Shown here piece after piece: positions 1 through 8,452 of a DNA stretch of 17,637 nt. Under the pieces are notes generated by a model that saw only the letters and a list, made by a program, of their open reading frames with translations, ran no database searches and was not told the origin of the DNA. Source of the DNA: a virus (lineage: Duplodnaviria; Heunggongvirae; Uroviricota; Caudoviricetes); IMG/VR virus record IMGVR_UViG_2579778784_000009; one strand, written 5' to 3'. Within the stretch, counting starts at the first letter, position 1, and each line of letters begins with the position of its first letter. The position numbers were made by a program, and so were the translations under genes.

Positions 1-1143
1 CTATGCTGTTTTGATATCTACGATAATCCAGTCTTTACCACGATCATCATTGTATCGGTCGGTCATTTTTCTGGATTTATGGCCTAACAACTTTTGCGTA
101 TCCAGACCCTGTTCCCGATATAACCGTTCTGACAGAGATCGCTGCTCATGAAATGTGGGCGCAGTTCCTTGCTCCCATTTTATGCCACATTTTTCCCTGG
201 CCTTTTTAAAAGCCGTTGTCAGAGTATTCGCAGAAACCTGGTCTCCTCTGTTTGCTTGAGAGGTTGTGTGACGGTAATGGACCAGATATTTACTAACAAC
301 AGCATCCCTGCACTGAGATATAACTTCACGAAGGGTAATATTCAGAGCATCGCATTTCAGGTTAAGCGGAATAGCAAGTTTTGAACCGGTTTTTTTCTGA
401 GTAATGTGCAACATGTCGTCCCAGATATCAGAGAATTTCAAATTGCAGATATCGCCTAAACGTTGTCCAGTGACAAGAGCAAGTAGCATCCCGCATTTTA
501 AATAGGGCTGCCGTCTGCTTACGCTGTCAAATATTGCCTGCCATTCGGGCAGTGATAATCTTTGGCGGTTTACTCGATTTCGCGGTTGTTTTGTTGCCTG
601 CGCTGGGTTAAATCCTGGCGGAACATGTCCTGCGTGTTGTGCTTCTTTGAAGACGTCGATTAACACCATTCTCACGACTTGCGCCATCCTGTTATGACCT
701 TCAGCCTTTACAGCATCAATTATTTCGGCAATATCAAGTGCGGTAATATCCTTGAGGTGTTGTATTCCACAATGCTCACGGAAAAGACGAATGGGTTTGC
801 CTTTTTGCCGATAGGAGTTGGGTCTTAGTTCATTATGTTGCAGCCTGTCCTCCTGGATAGAAATATATTTATCAAGCCATTCTGTCACCGTAATGTCTGA
901 GCGCCTGCCTTTCATTCTTTCCAGACGCTCATTGACGCTTAATATTTGTCGGGTACGTTGTTCAGCAATAATGGTATTTGCTTCAGTAGCAACTTGTTTT
1001 GCTTCATTCTCATCAGTTCCTAAGCTATGAAAACGACCGGATAGTGGATGTTTGTATTGCCAATATACCTTTCCGGTTCGCTTATCTAATTTGCAATATA
1101 AATTGGGTATAGAGATTTTGTGAGATCGGGGTCTAGCAGCCAT
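1..1143 (-). CDS. int: Phage integrase, tyrosine recombinase (lambda Int-like)
   Basis: 380-aa ORF with ATG at 1143. C-terminus (HEQRSLSERLYREQG...LLGHKSRKMTDRYNDDRGKDW) matches the lambda Int catalytic region from recall. Overlaps the upstream xis stop, as in lambda. Confidence 0.9.
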   Translation of the reverse strand: MAARPRSHKISIPNLYCKLDKRTGKVYWQYKHPLSGRFHSLGTDENEAKQVATEANTIIAEQRTRQILSVNERLERMKGRRSDITVTEWLDKYISIQEDRLQHNELRPNSYRQKGKPIRLFREHCGIQHLKDITALDIAEIIDAVKAEGHNRMAQVVRMVLIDVFKEAQHAGHVPPGFNPAQATKQPRNRVNRQRLSLPEWQAIFDSVSRRQPYLKCGMLLALVTGQRLGDICNLKFSDIWDDMLHITQKKTGSKLAIPLNLKCDALNITLREVISQCRDAVVSKYLVHYRHTTSQANRGDQVSANTLTTAFKKAREKCGIKWEQGTAPTFHEQRSLSERLYREQGLDTQKLLGHKSRKMTDRYNDDRGKDWIIVDIKTA

Positions 1144-1369
1144 CAGCGATTATCCGTTGGAGTTTTGGGTTTGCGTTTATTGGGAGTTGCGGTTCTGCAA
1201 GCGTTCCTACAAAACGGGAATTTCGGTCAATCATCCAGTAGCGACCAACTTTTATAGCGGGTGGGGCCATCATTTTCCCTTGCGCGTATTTTTTCAGAAC
1301 TCGCTCACTTGGTGCTAAGTCCCCAAATTCTTCTTTAGCCCAGTCCTGTAAAGTGATTAGTCGAGACAT
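1133..1369 (-). CDS. xis: Excisionase (Xis-like)
   Basis: 78 aa, ATG at 1369 preceded by GAGGAGG. ITLQDW...APPAIKVGRYW resembles lambda Xis LTLQEW...PPPVKDGREY. Sits immediately upstream of int with overlap. Confidence 0.75.
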   Translation of the reverse strand: MSRLITLQDWAKEEFGDLAPSERVLKKYAQGKMMAPPAIKVGRYWMIDRNSRFVGTLAEPQLPINANPKLQRIIADGC

Positions 1370-1508
1370 TTGTCCTCCTCTTAGCTGCTGAGGGAGTTTG
1401 TGACCGATATATCTGACATGATATTAAGCTCATGGCAGGTACATCTCTTGACTGGTCATAGAGATAAATTTAATGCTGAGAAATGCAGTATTGAATTTAT
1501 CAATTTTT

Positions 1509-1748
1509 CTATTTCCTGCGTATGGCACGTAACTTCTTAATGTGTTCTGCCGTTTCGATCTCTTCTGCTATCCGATCTGCATCAGCTTTATTCACAGGTT
1601 CAAAGTCATGATTAAAGCGGAACATGCTGGCGATACATGTTCTGCCTTTTCGGATGTAGTGAACTTTGTTGTGGGTAGAACGCAGGATTTTGCAGGGAGT
1701 GCCGTGGTGGTCGACGTACCAGGTGTTAGGAAAAATGATTCTGAACAT
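1509..1748 (-). CDS. Hypothetical protein (79 aa), delayed-early region
   Basis: ATG at 1748 preceded by GAGGTG. Same strand as int/xis. No family recognised. Confidence 0.5.
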   Translation of the reverse strand: MFRIIFPNTWYVDHHGTPCKILRSTHNKVHYIRKGRTCIASMFRFNHDFEPVNKADADRIAEEIETAEHIKKLRAIRRK

Positions 1749-1795
1749 TTTTACACCTCAGTTGGACGATGTTGAAATTTGCTGCTTTGAGGCCA

Positions 1796-2014
1796 TCACA
1801 GTCCCCATTGTTTGTTCTTAAGTTCGATCTCCTCCTGGCAACTTGCACAAGTCCGACAACCCTGAACGGCCAGGCGTCTTCGTTCATCTATCGGATCGCC
1901 ACACTCACAACAATGAGTGGCAGATATAGCCTGGTGGTTCAGGCGGCGCATTTTTATTGCTGTGTTGCGCTGTAATTCTTCAATTTCTGATGCTGAATCA
2001 ATGATGTCTGCCAT
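1796..2014 (-). CDS. DksA/TraR-family C4 zinc-finger protein
   Basis: 72 aa with CxxC(17)CxxC (CCECGDPIDERRRLAVQGCRTCASC), typical of phage TraR-like proteins. Confidence 0.7.
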   Translation of the reverse strand: MADIIDSASEIEELQRNTAIKMRRLNHQAISATHCCECGDPIDERRRLAVQGCRTCASCQEEIELKNKQWGL

Positions 2015-2063
2015 CTTTCATTAATCCCTGAATTGTTGGTTAATACGCTTGAGGGTGAATGCG

Positions 2064-2090
2064 AATAATAAAAAAGGAGCCTGTAGCTCC
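2064..2090 (-). terminator. Putative intrinsic terminator in the leftward operon
   Basis: Hairpin GGAGC-CTGTA-GCTCC at 2076-2090. The plus-strand A-run at 2067-2075 becomes a U-run after the hairpin on the minus strand. Confidence 0.4.
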
Positions 2091-2112
2091 ATGATGATTT
2101 TGTTTTTCATGT

Positions 2113-2328
2113 TCACCGTTCCTTAAAGACGCCGTTTAACATGCCGATCGCCAGGCTTAAATGAGTCGGTGTGAATCCCATCAGCGTTACCGTTTCGCGG
2201 TGCTTCTTCAGTACGCTACGGCAAATGTCATCGACGTTTTTATCCGGAAACTGCTGTCTGGCTTTTTTGATTTCATAATTAGCCTGACGGGCAATACTGC
2301 GAAGGGCGTTTTCTTGCTGAGGTGTCAT
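2113..2328 (-). CDS. Hypothetical protein (71 aa from ATG 2328; ORF extends to 2394)
   Basis: ORF with two in-frame ATGs (2394, 2328). Start is uncertain and no family is recognised. Confidence 0.45.
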   Translation of the reverse strand: MTPQQENALRSIARQANYEIKKARQQFPDKNVDDICRSVLKKHRETVTLMGFTPTHLSLAIGMLNGVFKER

Positions 2329-2404
2329 TGAACAAGTCCCATGTCGGCAAGCATAAGCACACAGAATATGAAGCCCGCTGCCAGAAAAATGCATTCAGTG
2401 GTTG

Positions 2405-2596
2405 TCATACCTGGTCTCTCTCATCTGCTTCTGCTTTCGCCACCATCATTTCCAGCTTTTGTGAAAGGGATGTGGCTAACGTATGAAATTCTTCGTCTGT
2501 TTCTACTGGTATTGGCACAAACCTGACTCCAATTTGAGCGAGGCTATGTGCCATCTCGATACTCGTTCTTAACTCAACGGGAGATGCTTTGTGCAT
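2405..2596 (-). CDS. Hypothetical protein (63 aa), at the lambda orf63 position
   Basis: ATG at 2596. Sits between the orf60a-like gene and the upstream small ORFs. No direct sequence recall. Confidence 0.5.
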   Translation of the reverse strand: MHKASPVELRTSIEMAHSLAQIGVRFVPIPVETDEEFHTLATSLSQKLEMMVAKAEADERDQV

Positions 2597-2757
2597 ACAG
2601 CCCCTCGTTTATTATTTATCTCCTCAGCCAGCCGCTGGGCTTTCAGTGGATTTTGGATAACAGAAAGGCCGGGAAATACCCAGCCTCGCTTTGTAACGGA
2701 GTAGACGAAAGTGATCGCGCCTACCCGGATATTATCGTGAGGATGCTTCATCGCCAT
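2569..2757 (-). CDS. Lambda orf60a-like small protein (62 aa)
   Basis: [30 protein letters not shown]... recalled as lambda orf60a. Lies immediately upstream of exo, as in lambda. Confidence 0.55.
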   Translation of the reverse strand: MAMKHPHDNIRVGAITFVYSVTKRGWVFPGLSVIQNPLKAQRLAEEINNKRGAVCTKHLPLS

Positions 2758-3428
2758 TGCTCCCCAAATACAAAACCAATTTCAGCCAGTGCCACGTCCA
2801 TTTTTTCGATGAACTCCGGCACCATCTCGTCAAAATTCGCCATGTACTTTTCATTCCGCTCAATCACGACATAATGCAGGCCTTCACGCTTCATACGCGG
2901 GTCATAGTTGGCAAAGTACCAGGCATCTTTTCGCGTCACCCACATGCTGTACTGCACCTGGGCCATGTAAGCCGATTTTATGGCCTCGAAACCACCGAGC
3001 CGGAACTTCATGAAATCCCGGGAGGTAAACGGGCATTTCAGTTCAAGGCCGTTGCCGTCACTGCATAAACCATCGGGAGAGCAGGCGGTGCGCATACTTT
3101 CGTCGCGATAGATGATCGGGGATTCAGTAACATTCACGCCGGAAGTGAATTCAAACAGGGTTCTGGCGTCGTTCTCGTACTGTTTTCCCCAGGCCAGCGC
3201 CTTAGCATTAACTTCCGGAGCCACACCGGTGCAAACCTCAGCCAGCAGGGTGTGGAAGTAGGACATTTTCATGTCAGGCCACTTCTTTCCTGAGCGGGGC
3301 TTTGCTATCACGTTGTGAACTTCTGAAGCGGTGATGACGCCGAGCCGTAATTTGTGCCATGCATCATCCCCCTGTTCGACAGCTCTCACGTCGATCCCGG
3401 TACGCTGCAGGATAATGTCCGGTGTCAT
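2748..3428 (-). CDS. exo: Lambda exonuclease (Red alpha)
   Basis: 226 aa; [54 protein letters not shown]... is essentially lambda Exo by recall. Confidence 0.95.
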   Translation of the reverse strand: MTPDIILQRTGIDVRAVEQGDDAWHKLRLGVITASEVHNVIAKPRSGKKWPDMKMSYFHTLLAEVCTGVAPEVNAKALAWGKQYENDARTLFEFTSGVNVTESPIIYRDESMRTACSPDGLCSDGNGLELKCPFTSRDFMKFRLGGFEAIKSAYMAQVQYSMWVTRKDAWYFANYDPRMKREGLHYVVIERNEKYMANFDEMVPEFIEKMDVALAEIGFVFGEQWR

Positions 3429-4210
3429 GCTGCCACCTTCTGCTCAGTGGCTTTCTGTTTCAGGAATCCAAGAGCTTTCACTGCTTCGGCCTGTGTCAGT
3501 TCTGACGATGCGCGAATGTCGCGGCGAAATATCTGGGAACAGAGCGGCAATAAGTCGTCATCCCATGTTTTATCCAGGGCGATCAGCAGAGTGTTAATCT
3601 CCTGCATGGTTTCATCGTTAACCGGAGTGATGTCGCGTTCTGGCTGACGTTCTGCAGTGTATGCAGTATTTTCGACAATGCGCTCGGCTTCATCCTTGTC
3701 ATAGATACCAGCAAATCCGAAGGCCAGACGGGCACACTGAATCATGGCTTTATGCCGTAACATCCGTTTGGGATGCGACTGCCACGGCCCCGTGATTTCT
3801 CTGCCTTCGCGAGTTTTGAATGGTTCGCGGCGGCATTCATCCATCCATTCGGTAACGCAGATCGGATGATTACGGTCCTTGCGGTAAATCCGGCATGTAC
3901 AGGATTCATTGTCCTGCTCAAAGTCCATGCCATCAAACTGCTGGTTTTCATTGATGATGCGGGACCAGCCATCAACGCCCACCACCGGAACGATGCCGTT
4001 CTGCTTATCAGGGAAGGCGTAAATTTCTTTCGTCCACGGATTAAGGCCGTACTGGTTGGCGACGATCAACAATGCGATGAACTGCGCATCGCTGGCATCA
4101 CCTTTAAATGCTGTCTGGCGAAGAGTGGTGATCAGTTCCTGTGGGTCGACAGAATCCATGCCGACACGTTCAGCCAGCTTCCCTGCCAGCGTTGCGAGTG
4201 CTGTACTCAT
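3425..4210 (-). CDS. bet: Single-strand annealing protein Bet (Red beta)
   Basis: 261 aa; [66 protein letters not shown]... matches lambda Bet. Overlaps the exo start. Confidence 0.95.
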   Translation of the reverse strand: MSTALATLAGKLAERVGMDSVDPQELITTLRQTAFKGDASDAQFIALLIVANQYGLNPWTKEIYAFPDKQNGIVPVVGVDGWSRIINENQQFDGMDFEQDNESCTCRIYRKDRNHPICVTEWMDECRREPFKTREGREITGPWQSHPKRMLRHKAMIQCARLAFGFAGIYDKDEAERIVENTAYTAERQPERDITPVNDETMQEINTLLIALDKTWDDDLLPLCSQIFRRDIRASSELTQAEAVKALGFLKQKATEQKVAA

Positions 4211-4215
4211 CCGTT

Positions 4216-4512
4216 TTATACCTCTGAATCAATATCAACCTGATGGTGAGCAATGGTTTCAACCATGTACCGGATGTGTTCTGCCATGCGCTCCTGAAAC
4301 TCAACATCGTCATCAAACGCACGGGTAATGGCTTTTTTGCTGGCCCCGTGGCGTTGCAAATGATCGATGCATAGCGATTCAAACAGGTGCTGGGGCAGGC
4401 CTTTTTCCATGTCGTCTGCCAGTTCTGCCTCTTTCTCTTCACGGGCGATCTGCTGGTAGTGACGCACCCAGCTCTGAGCCTCAAGACGATCCTGAATGTA
4501 ATAAGCGTTCAT
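4216..4512 (-). CDS. gam: Host-nuclease (RecBCD) inhibitor Gam, short form
   Basis: 98 aa starting [15 protein letters not shown], equal to the GamS portion of lambda Gam. AGGAG RBS upstream of ATG 4512. Confidence 0.9.
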   Translation of the reverse strand: MNAYYIQDRLEAQSWVRHYQQIAREEKEAELADDMEKGLPQHLFESLCIDHLQRHGASKKAITRAFDDDVEFQERMAEHIRYMVETIAHHQVDIDSEV

Positions 4513-4586
4513 GGCTGAACTCCTGAAATAGCTGTGAAAATATCGCCCGCGAAATGCCAGGCTGATTAGGAAAACAGGAAAGGGGG

Positions 4587-4997
4587 TTAGTGATTCAGGC
4601 CGTTGCCGCGTCCGTCGAGAAAAACTTCCACGAGCAAGTCACGGGTATAAGTGCGCTCGATGCCGCGATGCAGATAAAGCCGTCCGCGTAAATTAGCTGA
4701 TGCAGTCCAGGTACCATCTTTGTGTTTGACCAGCATTCCTGGCATGACCGCACCGCGATTAACGGTCTGTGTTCCGTAATGTTGATGAACCATAAAAACT
4801 CCTGCCCGTAAGCTGGGCTGCTGAACATATAGAGACTTCTGCGCGTATTCAGGCGGTGGATGGCCGCCGGTTGTCATAACTAAACCGCCTCGTTGAAGCG
4901 ACTGAGGTATGAAATGTTGAGTTAATTTCAGCTGGTCACACCGACGTTCACGCGTCCGTTTCACCCCTCGCACTCCCCGAAGCCTGCTGAAATTCAA
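4587..4997 (-). CDS. Hypothetical protein at the first position of the pL operon; start uncertain
   Basis: 136-aa ORF whose track start is TTG. Internal ATGs at 4877 (GAGG upstream) and 4793 (GGAG 5 nt upstream). Arg-rich N-terminal stretch ([15 protein letters not shown]). Confidence 0.35.
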   Translation of the reverse strand: MNFSRLRGVRGVKRTRERRCDQLKLTQHFIPQSLQRGGLVMTTGGHPPPEYAQKSLYVQQPSLRAGVFMVHQHYGTQTVNRGAVMPGMLVKHKDGTWTASANLRGRLYLHRGIERTYTRDLLVEVFLDGRGNGLNH

Positions 4998-5065
4998 ACT
5001 GCGGATCTAAGCGGTCATCGCAACGGTGAATCAGGTGGTTGCCGTATCGTTGTGTTGTTGCGATA

Positions 5066-5127
5066 TGGTGATAATAGCTATTGCTATTGGTGATATCAAT
5101 ACTTATTGCTATTGGTTGATGTGTTTT
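5066..5127 (-). promoter_or_regulatory. OL/pL-like leftward promoter with operator repeats
   Basis: Minus strand -35 TTGATA (plus 5094-5099), 17-nt spacer, -10 TATTAT (plus 5071-5076). TTGCTATTGG repeated at 5081-5090 and 5106-5115; the same 9-mer recurs in the cI-cro intergenic region. Confidence 0.55.
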
Positions 5128-5242
5128 GATATTAAATGTTTGATAGCAAAAAGAATTAATTTTGTGACTTGCATCGCATAGCGATAACTGAAGGGAGGAT
5201 GTGGTGGTTTTTCGAACGGTTTGTGTGATGAGGGGACAAAAG

Positions 5243-5268
5243 AAAACCCGGCACGGTGGCCGGGATTC
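5243..5268 (-). terminator. Putative intrinsic terminator ending the cI passenger operon
   Basis: Hairpin CCCGGC-ACGGTG-GCCGGG (5247-5264), followed on the minus strand by UUUUCUUUUG. Lies directly 3' of the ASCH gene stop. Confidence 0.5.
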
Positions 5269-5646
5269 TTACGCAGGTAGGTAAAGATATGATTGTGGTG
5301 GCTTAATATTACTACCTAGAGCAGAGATAGGAATTGGTTCTTTATATCTTTCCACTTCACCAATTTTTATTGCGTAGGCCTTTTCTCTACCTGAATAATA
5401 TGAGTCATAAAATTGCTTAGAAATACCTGCGTGCTTTTCCGTCTTTTTCCAAAGAGATTCCGGTTCGTCACTTAGTATTGATTCAATACGGAATTGACCA
5501 ACAACTTTACCTAATGGCATCGTGGCATAAATAACAACGGTGCTAATTTGCGGATTTTTGAATATACCTTTACGAAACTCGAACCGCTTTGTTCCGTTCA
5601 ATATTTTTTCTGCAAACTCAGGCTTAATGGATAATAAAACTTTCAT
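5269..5646 (-). CDS. ASCH-domain (PUA-like fold) protein, 125 aa
   Basis: N-terminus MKVLLSIKPEFAEKILNGTKRFEFRK fits the ASCH pattern. AT-rich. Overlaps the 3' end of the upstream gene by 23 nt. Confidence 0.7.
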   Translation of the reverse strand: MKVLLSIKPEFAEKILNGTKRFEFRKGIFKNPQISTVVIYATMPLGKVVGQFRIESILSDEPESLWKKTEKHAGISKQFYDSYYSGREKAYAIKIGEVERYKEPIPISALGSNIKPPQSYLYLPA

Positions 5647-6685
5647 TTATCTTGCCTAACTCGATGATCTTTAAGAACTGCTCATTTGTGAGTTTAAAGT
5701 GACTCCATCGGAATGCACGCGAACCATTTAGCCCCACATGATCTATTAAAATAGCACGATTGGGTCTCTTTGGCAAAGACAGATTGTATGTGAATCTTAT
5801 AATGAAAGGGTATCGACGTTCTTTATAGATTTTTCTGAGTTCATCTTCAGAAAATACGCTAAAACGAATACAATAGTCTACAAAACTATCTTCGCTTAAA
5901 AATTCAGAAATATTTTTTACGCTCTCAACTACACATAATGTACTGGCTACAGAACGATAGCGAGCTGGCCCTTTTTTGTCTCCGGTTCTATAGATGACAA
6001 TGATATCTCCTCTTTTCATTCCCATCACAGAACGCATTCCACATATGTAAATTTTATGAATGCTGTTAGCATGGGATATATCTTTGACAATATCTGGTGA
6101 TTCATTTACAAGTTTTGAATCAGGGAATAGTCTAGTGTGATATTCGGGATAAATCGCCAGTAAATATTTGTTGGCCCTTGATGTCATTATTCGAGGGTAA
6201 TCTAATAAAATATCACCATAAGGCTCATGCAAAGACCTCGCATATACAAACTCTTTCCCGTTATGTGTTTCTTTTTCACCATGAATGTAAAATCCGTACG
6301 TTTGGAAAAGTTTTATTAGATGGACGTGTTTGTCGAAAACAGTAACATAAATATCATCAGATTTTGATGAAAATGCATGGTCAAACGCTTTTTTTAGAAA
6401 TCGTTGTCCGCGAAGGGTGCCTTTAGATTCAAATTTGAATGTTCCTATCTTTAGATGACGTCCTGGTGGGAGCGCTGGATTAATGTCATTTGCATCATCA
6501 TTTTCTTTTAGATACATAAAACCTTCGATTTTATGCTTGTCATCATAGAGCACATAAGCTGATTCTCCTTCTCTGGCTTTTTTTTCTAACCAAAGAGGAA
6601 ACTCTTTATAATCTTTTTTTAAAGAGTCAAAAAATGGGTCATTGTGATCAAAATCAGAGAATTTCTCATATTTTAAAGTATCCAT
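5624..6685 (-). CDS. Uncharacterised protein (353 aa from ATG 6685; ORF extends to 6697) with GNAT-like N-terminal features
   Basis: Long AT-rich ORF. GGAG lies 6 nt before the second ATG. N-terminal half has the GNAT-like motif FQTYGFYIHGE. C-terminal half is unassigned. Confidence 0.7.
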   Translation of the reverse strand: MDTLKYEKFSDFDHNDPFFDSLKKDYKEFPLWLEKKAREGESAYVLYDDKHKIEGFMYLKENDDANDINPALPPGRHLKIGTFKFESKGTLRGQRFLKKAFDHAFSSKSDDIYVTVFDKHVHLIKLFQTYGFYIHGEKETHNGKEFVYARSLHEPYGDILLDYPRIMTSRANKYLLAIYPEYHTRLFPDSKLVNESPDIVKDISHANSIHKIYICGMRSVMGMKRGDIIVIYRTGDKKGPARYRSVASTLCVVESVKNISEFLSEDSFVDYCIRFSVFSEDELRKIYKERRYPFIIRFTYNLSLPKRPNRAILIDHVGLNGSRAFRWSHFKLTNEQFLKIIELGKINESFIIH

Positions 6686-6765
6686 TAAGTTCTCCATTCT
6701 AAAATGAATAATTAAGTTGTTTTACTGAATGAGCACAATGCCCGGTTGATAATTTTTAATTGGTA

Positions 6766-7458
6766 CTATCCATGCTTCCTATACGTCTGCGGCATGCTCC
6801 CAATAACTTTCCCGAAGATAAATACCCGGTTCATCTCATCTTTCTCGATCGGGTCCCACGGTGAGTAGCTTTTGTTATCAGAGATAACCAGCAGCTTATC
6901 CTTCATCATTTGCAGGCGCTTTACATGGGCTGTGTCGTCGTACAGAAACGCATAGATACCATCACCGTCGAAAGATTTAACCGTGATATCAACGAATAGA
7001 AGATCACCAGGTTCAATCGTTCCTGACATGCTGTCACCGCGTACGTTAATGATGCGGATATTTTCTGCCTTCCTACCATCGAACATGTGACGAGCATCGT
7101 CAAACGAGTACTCAACCGAGCGTAGAACTTCTACAAACTCACGGTTGATGACTCCCGGCCCGGCACTCACTTCTATATCAAGAACGTCAATTTTAAAGTA
7201 TTTGGAATAGCTGACAGCAGGCTTCCCTGATTGTTGACCGTCATTTCTCATCGGGCCTATGCCTGATGAGAGCCATTCTGTTCGAACACCCAATGCATTA
7301 GCTATTTCAACAATTTTTGTTGAGCCGCGCGCGTTGCCGCTTGTCAGTCTCCAGATTGTGGGTTGAGCTACGCCAGACGCCTTTGCAAGAGCGCCTTGAG
7401 ACATTCCAGATTGTTCCATCGCTAGGTTTAAGCGATCAGCAAGAGTTTCTTTTTTCAT
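6766..7458 (-). CDS. cI: CI-type prophage repressor (HTH plus S24 LexA-like peptidase domain)
   Basis: N-terminal HTH (SQGALAKASGVAQPTIWRL) and C-terminal VRGDSMSGTIEPGDLLFVD...VKRL (Ser/Lys dyad). Track start at 7494 is TTG. ATG at 7458 has no RBS and lies about 10 nt from a TATAAA, so the mRNA is probably leaderless like lambda cI from pRM. Confidence 0.85.
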   Translation of the reverse strand: MKKETLADRLNLAMEQSGMSQGALAKASGVAQPTIWRLTSGNARGSTKIVEIANALGVRTEWLSSGIGPMRNDGQQSGKPAVSYSKYFKIDVLDIEVSAGPGVINREFVEVLRSVEYSFDDARHMFDGRKAENIRIINVRGDSMSGTIEPGDLLFVDITVKSFDGDGIYAFLYDDTAHVKRLQMMKDKLLVISDNKSYSPWDPIEKDEMNRVFIFGKVIGSMPQTYRKHG

Positions 7459-7568
7459 AAGTTTTAATTTATACGCTTGCGTATTGATGGTCAAAACACG
7501 TTTTGCTATTGCTTGGATTAATACGCATTGCTATTATTTATTCATTGCAATACCAATAGGAATTGATA
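7459..7568. promoter_or_regulatory. OR-like divergent control region (pR, pRM, operators)
   Basis: Plus strand pR: -35 TTGCTT (7509-7514), 17-nt spacer, -10 TATTAT (7532-7537). TTGCTATTG at 7503, TTGCTATTA at 7528, related CATTGCAATA at 7544. Lies between divergent cI and cro. Confidence 0.6.
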
Positions 7569-7796
7569 ATGACAAATCAAACCATTCAACTCGCAATCAG
7601 TATTACAGGTAGTCAAAAACGACTGGCAGATCTATGCGGTGTAGCCCAACCCACAGTTTGGCGTTGGCTACACGGTGGCGGAATTGATGCCCGCTATGTA
7701 ATGAAAATTGTCTCAGCCACTGGTGGAAAGATTAAACCAGCAGATATTCGTCCCGACCTCGCACCATTGTTTAACGCGAGTAATTCTGCCGCCTAA
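7569..7796 (+). CDS. cro: Cro-like HTH regulator (YdaS-like)
   Basis: 75 aa from ATG 7569 with AGGA RBS. HTH motif SQKRLADLCGVAQPTVWRWL. First gene of the rightward operon, divergent from cI. Confidence 0.75.
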   Translation: MTNQTIQLAISITGSQKRLADLCGVAQPTVWRWLHGGGIDARYVMKIVSATGGKIKPADIRPDLAPLFNASNSAA

Positions 7797-7820
7797 ACTG
7801 CGGCGTTAACTGATAAGGCA

Positions 7821-8366
7821 ATGACTATGCAACCACTTACATACCAACAGACTAGCGGATTTAGCCCGACTGCGGTGATAAATCGTTCTCAAACAAAACA
7901 GGCGCCAGGCCACGAAAAAATCCGTGATGCCGTTCGCGCCTGGTCGGCTGCAGATAATCAGGATGTTGTTGCCGCACTCATTGTGAATGAGTATCGGGAG
8001 CAGGGCGGCGGCACCATCGATTTCCCTGATGATGTCAGCCGTGCACGCCAGAAGCTGTTCCGCTTTCTCGATAACAAATTCGATTCTGAAAAATACCGAA
8101 ATAACGTGCGTGAACTGACCCCGGCAATTCTGGCGGTACTACCGCTGGAATATCGCGGCCACCTGGTTGAGCAGGATAGCTACATGGCTCGGCTGGCTGA
8201 AATGGAAAAGGAACTCAGTGAGGCAAAACAGGCTGTCATTCTCAACGCACCACGCCACCAGAAACTGAAGGAGATGAGTGAAGGCATTGTGTCGATGTTT
8301 CGTGTGGACCCGGATCTGGCTGGTCCATTGATGGCGATGGTCACCACCATGCTGGGGGCAATATGA
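7821..8366 (+). CDS. YdaT-family protein (CII-position regulator)
   Basis: 181 aa with AAGG RBS. IVNEYREQGGG and LTPAILAVLPLEYRGHL resemble Rac YdaT by recall. Sits between cro and O. Confidence 0.65.
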   Translation: MTMQPLTYQQTSGFSPTAVINRSQTKQAPGHEKIRDAVRAWSAADNQDVVAALIVNEYREQGGGTIDFPDDVSRARQKLFRFLDNKFDSEKYRNNVRELTPAILAVLPLEYRGHLVEQDSYMARLAEMEKELSEAKQAVILNAPRHQKLKEMSEGIVSMFRVDPDLAGPLMAMVTTMLGAI

Positions 8367-8452
8367 CAGGTTCAGAAATGGCGAAAGCCGGTCTGCGCGA
8401 ACAGAACCGACTTTCAGGTGCAAATCGTAACACACTCATTGCGGGAGGAATT

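Noticed and set aside
1-60. attL or phage-host junction at the left edge
   Set aside because: The window starts exactly at the int stop codon, so any att site and flanking host sequence lie outside the window.
148-4484. Plus-strand and alternate-frame ORFs overlapping int, exo, bet and gam (e.g. 148..384, 818..1030, 2757..3068, 3331..3647, 3773..4243, 4056..4328, 4170..4484)
   Set aside because: Each overlaps a confidently identified lambda-type gene on the other strand or frame. No independent support.
6921-7115. 64-aa minus-strand ORF nested in cI in another frame
   Set aside because: Entirely inside the cI coding sequence, with no start context. Treated as an alternate-frame artefact.
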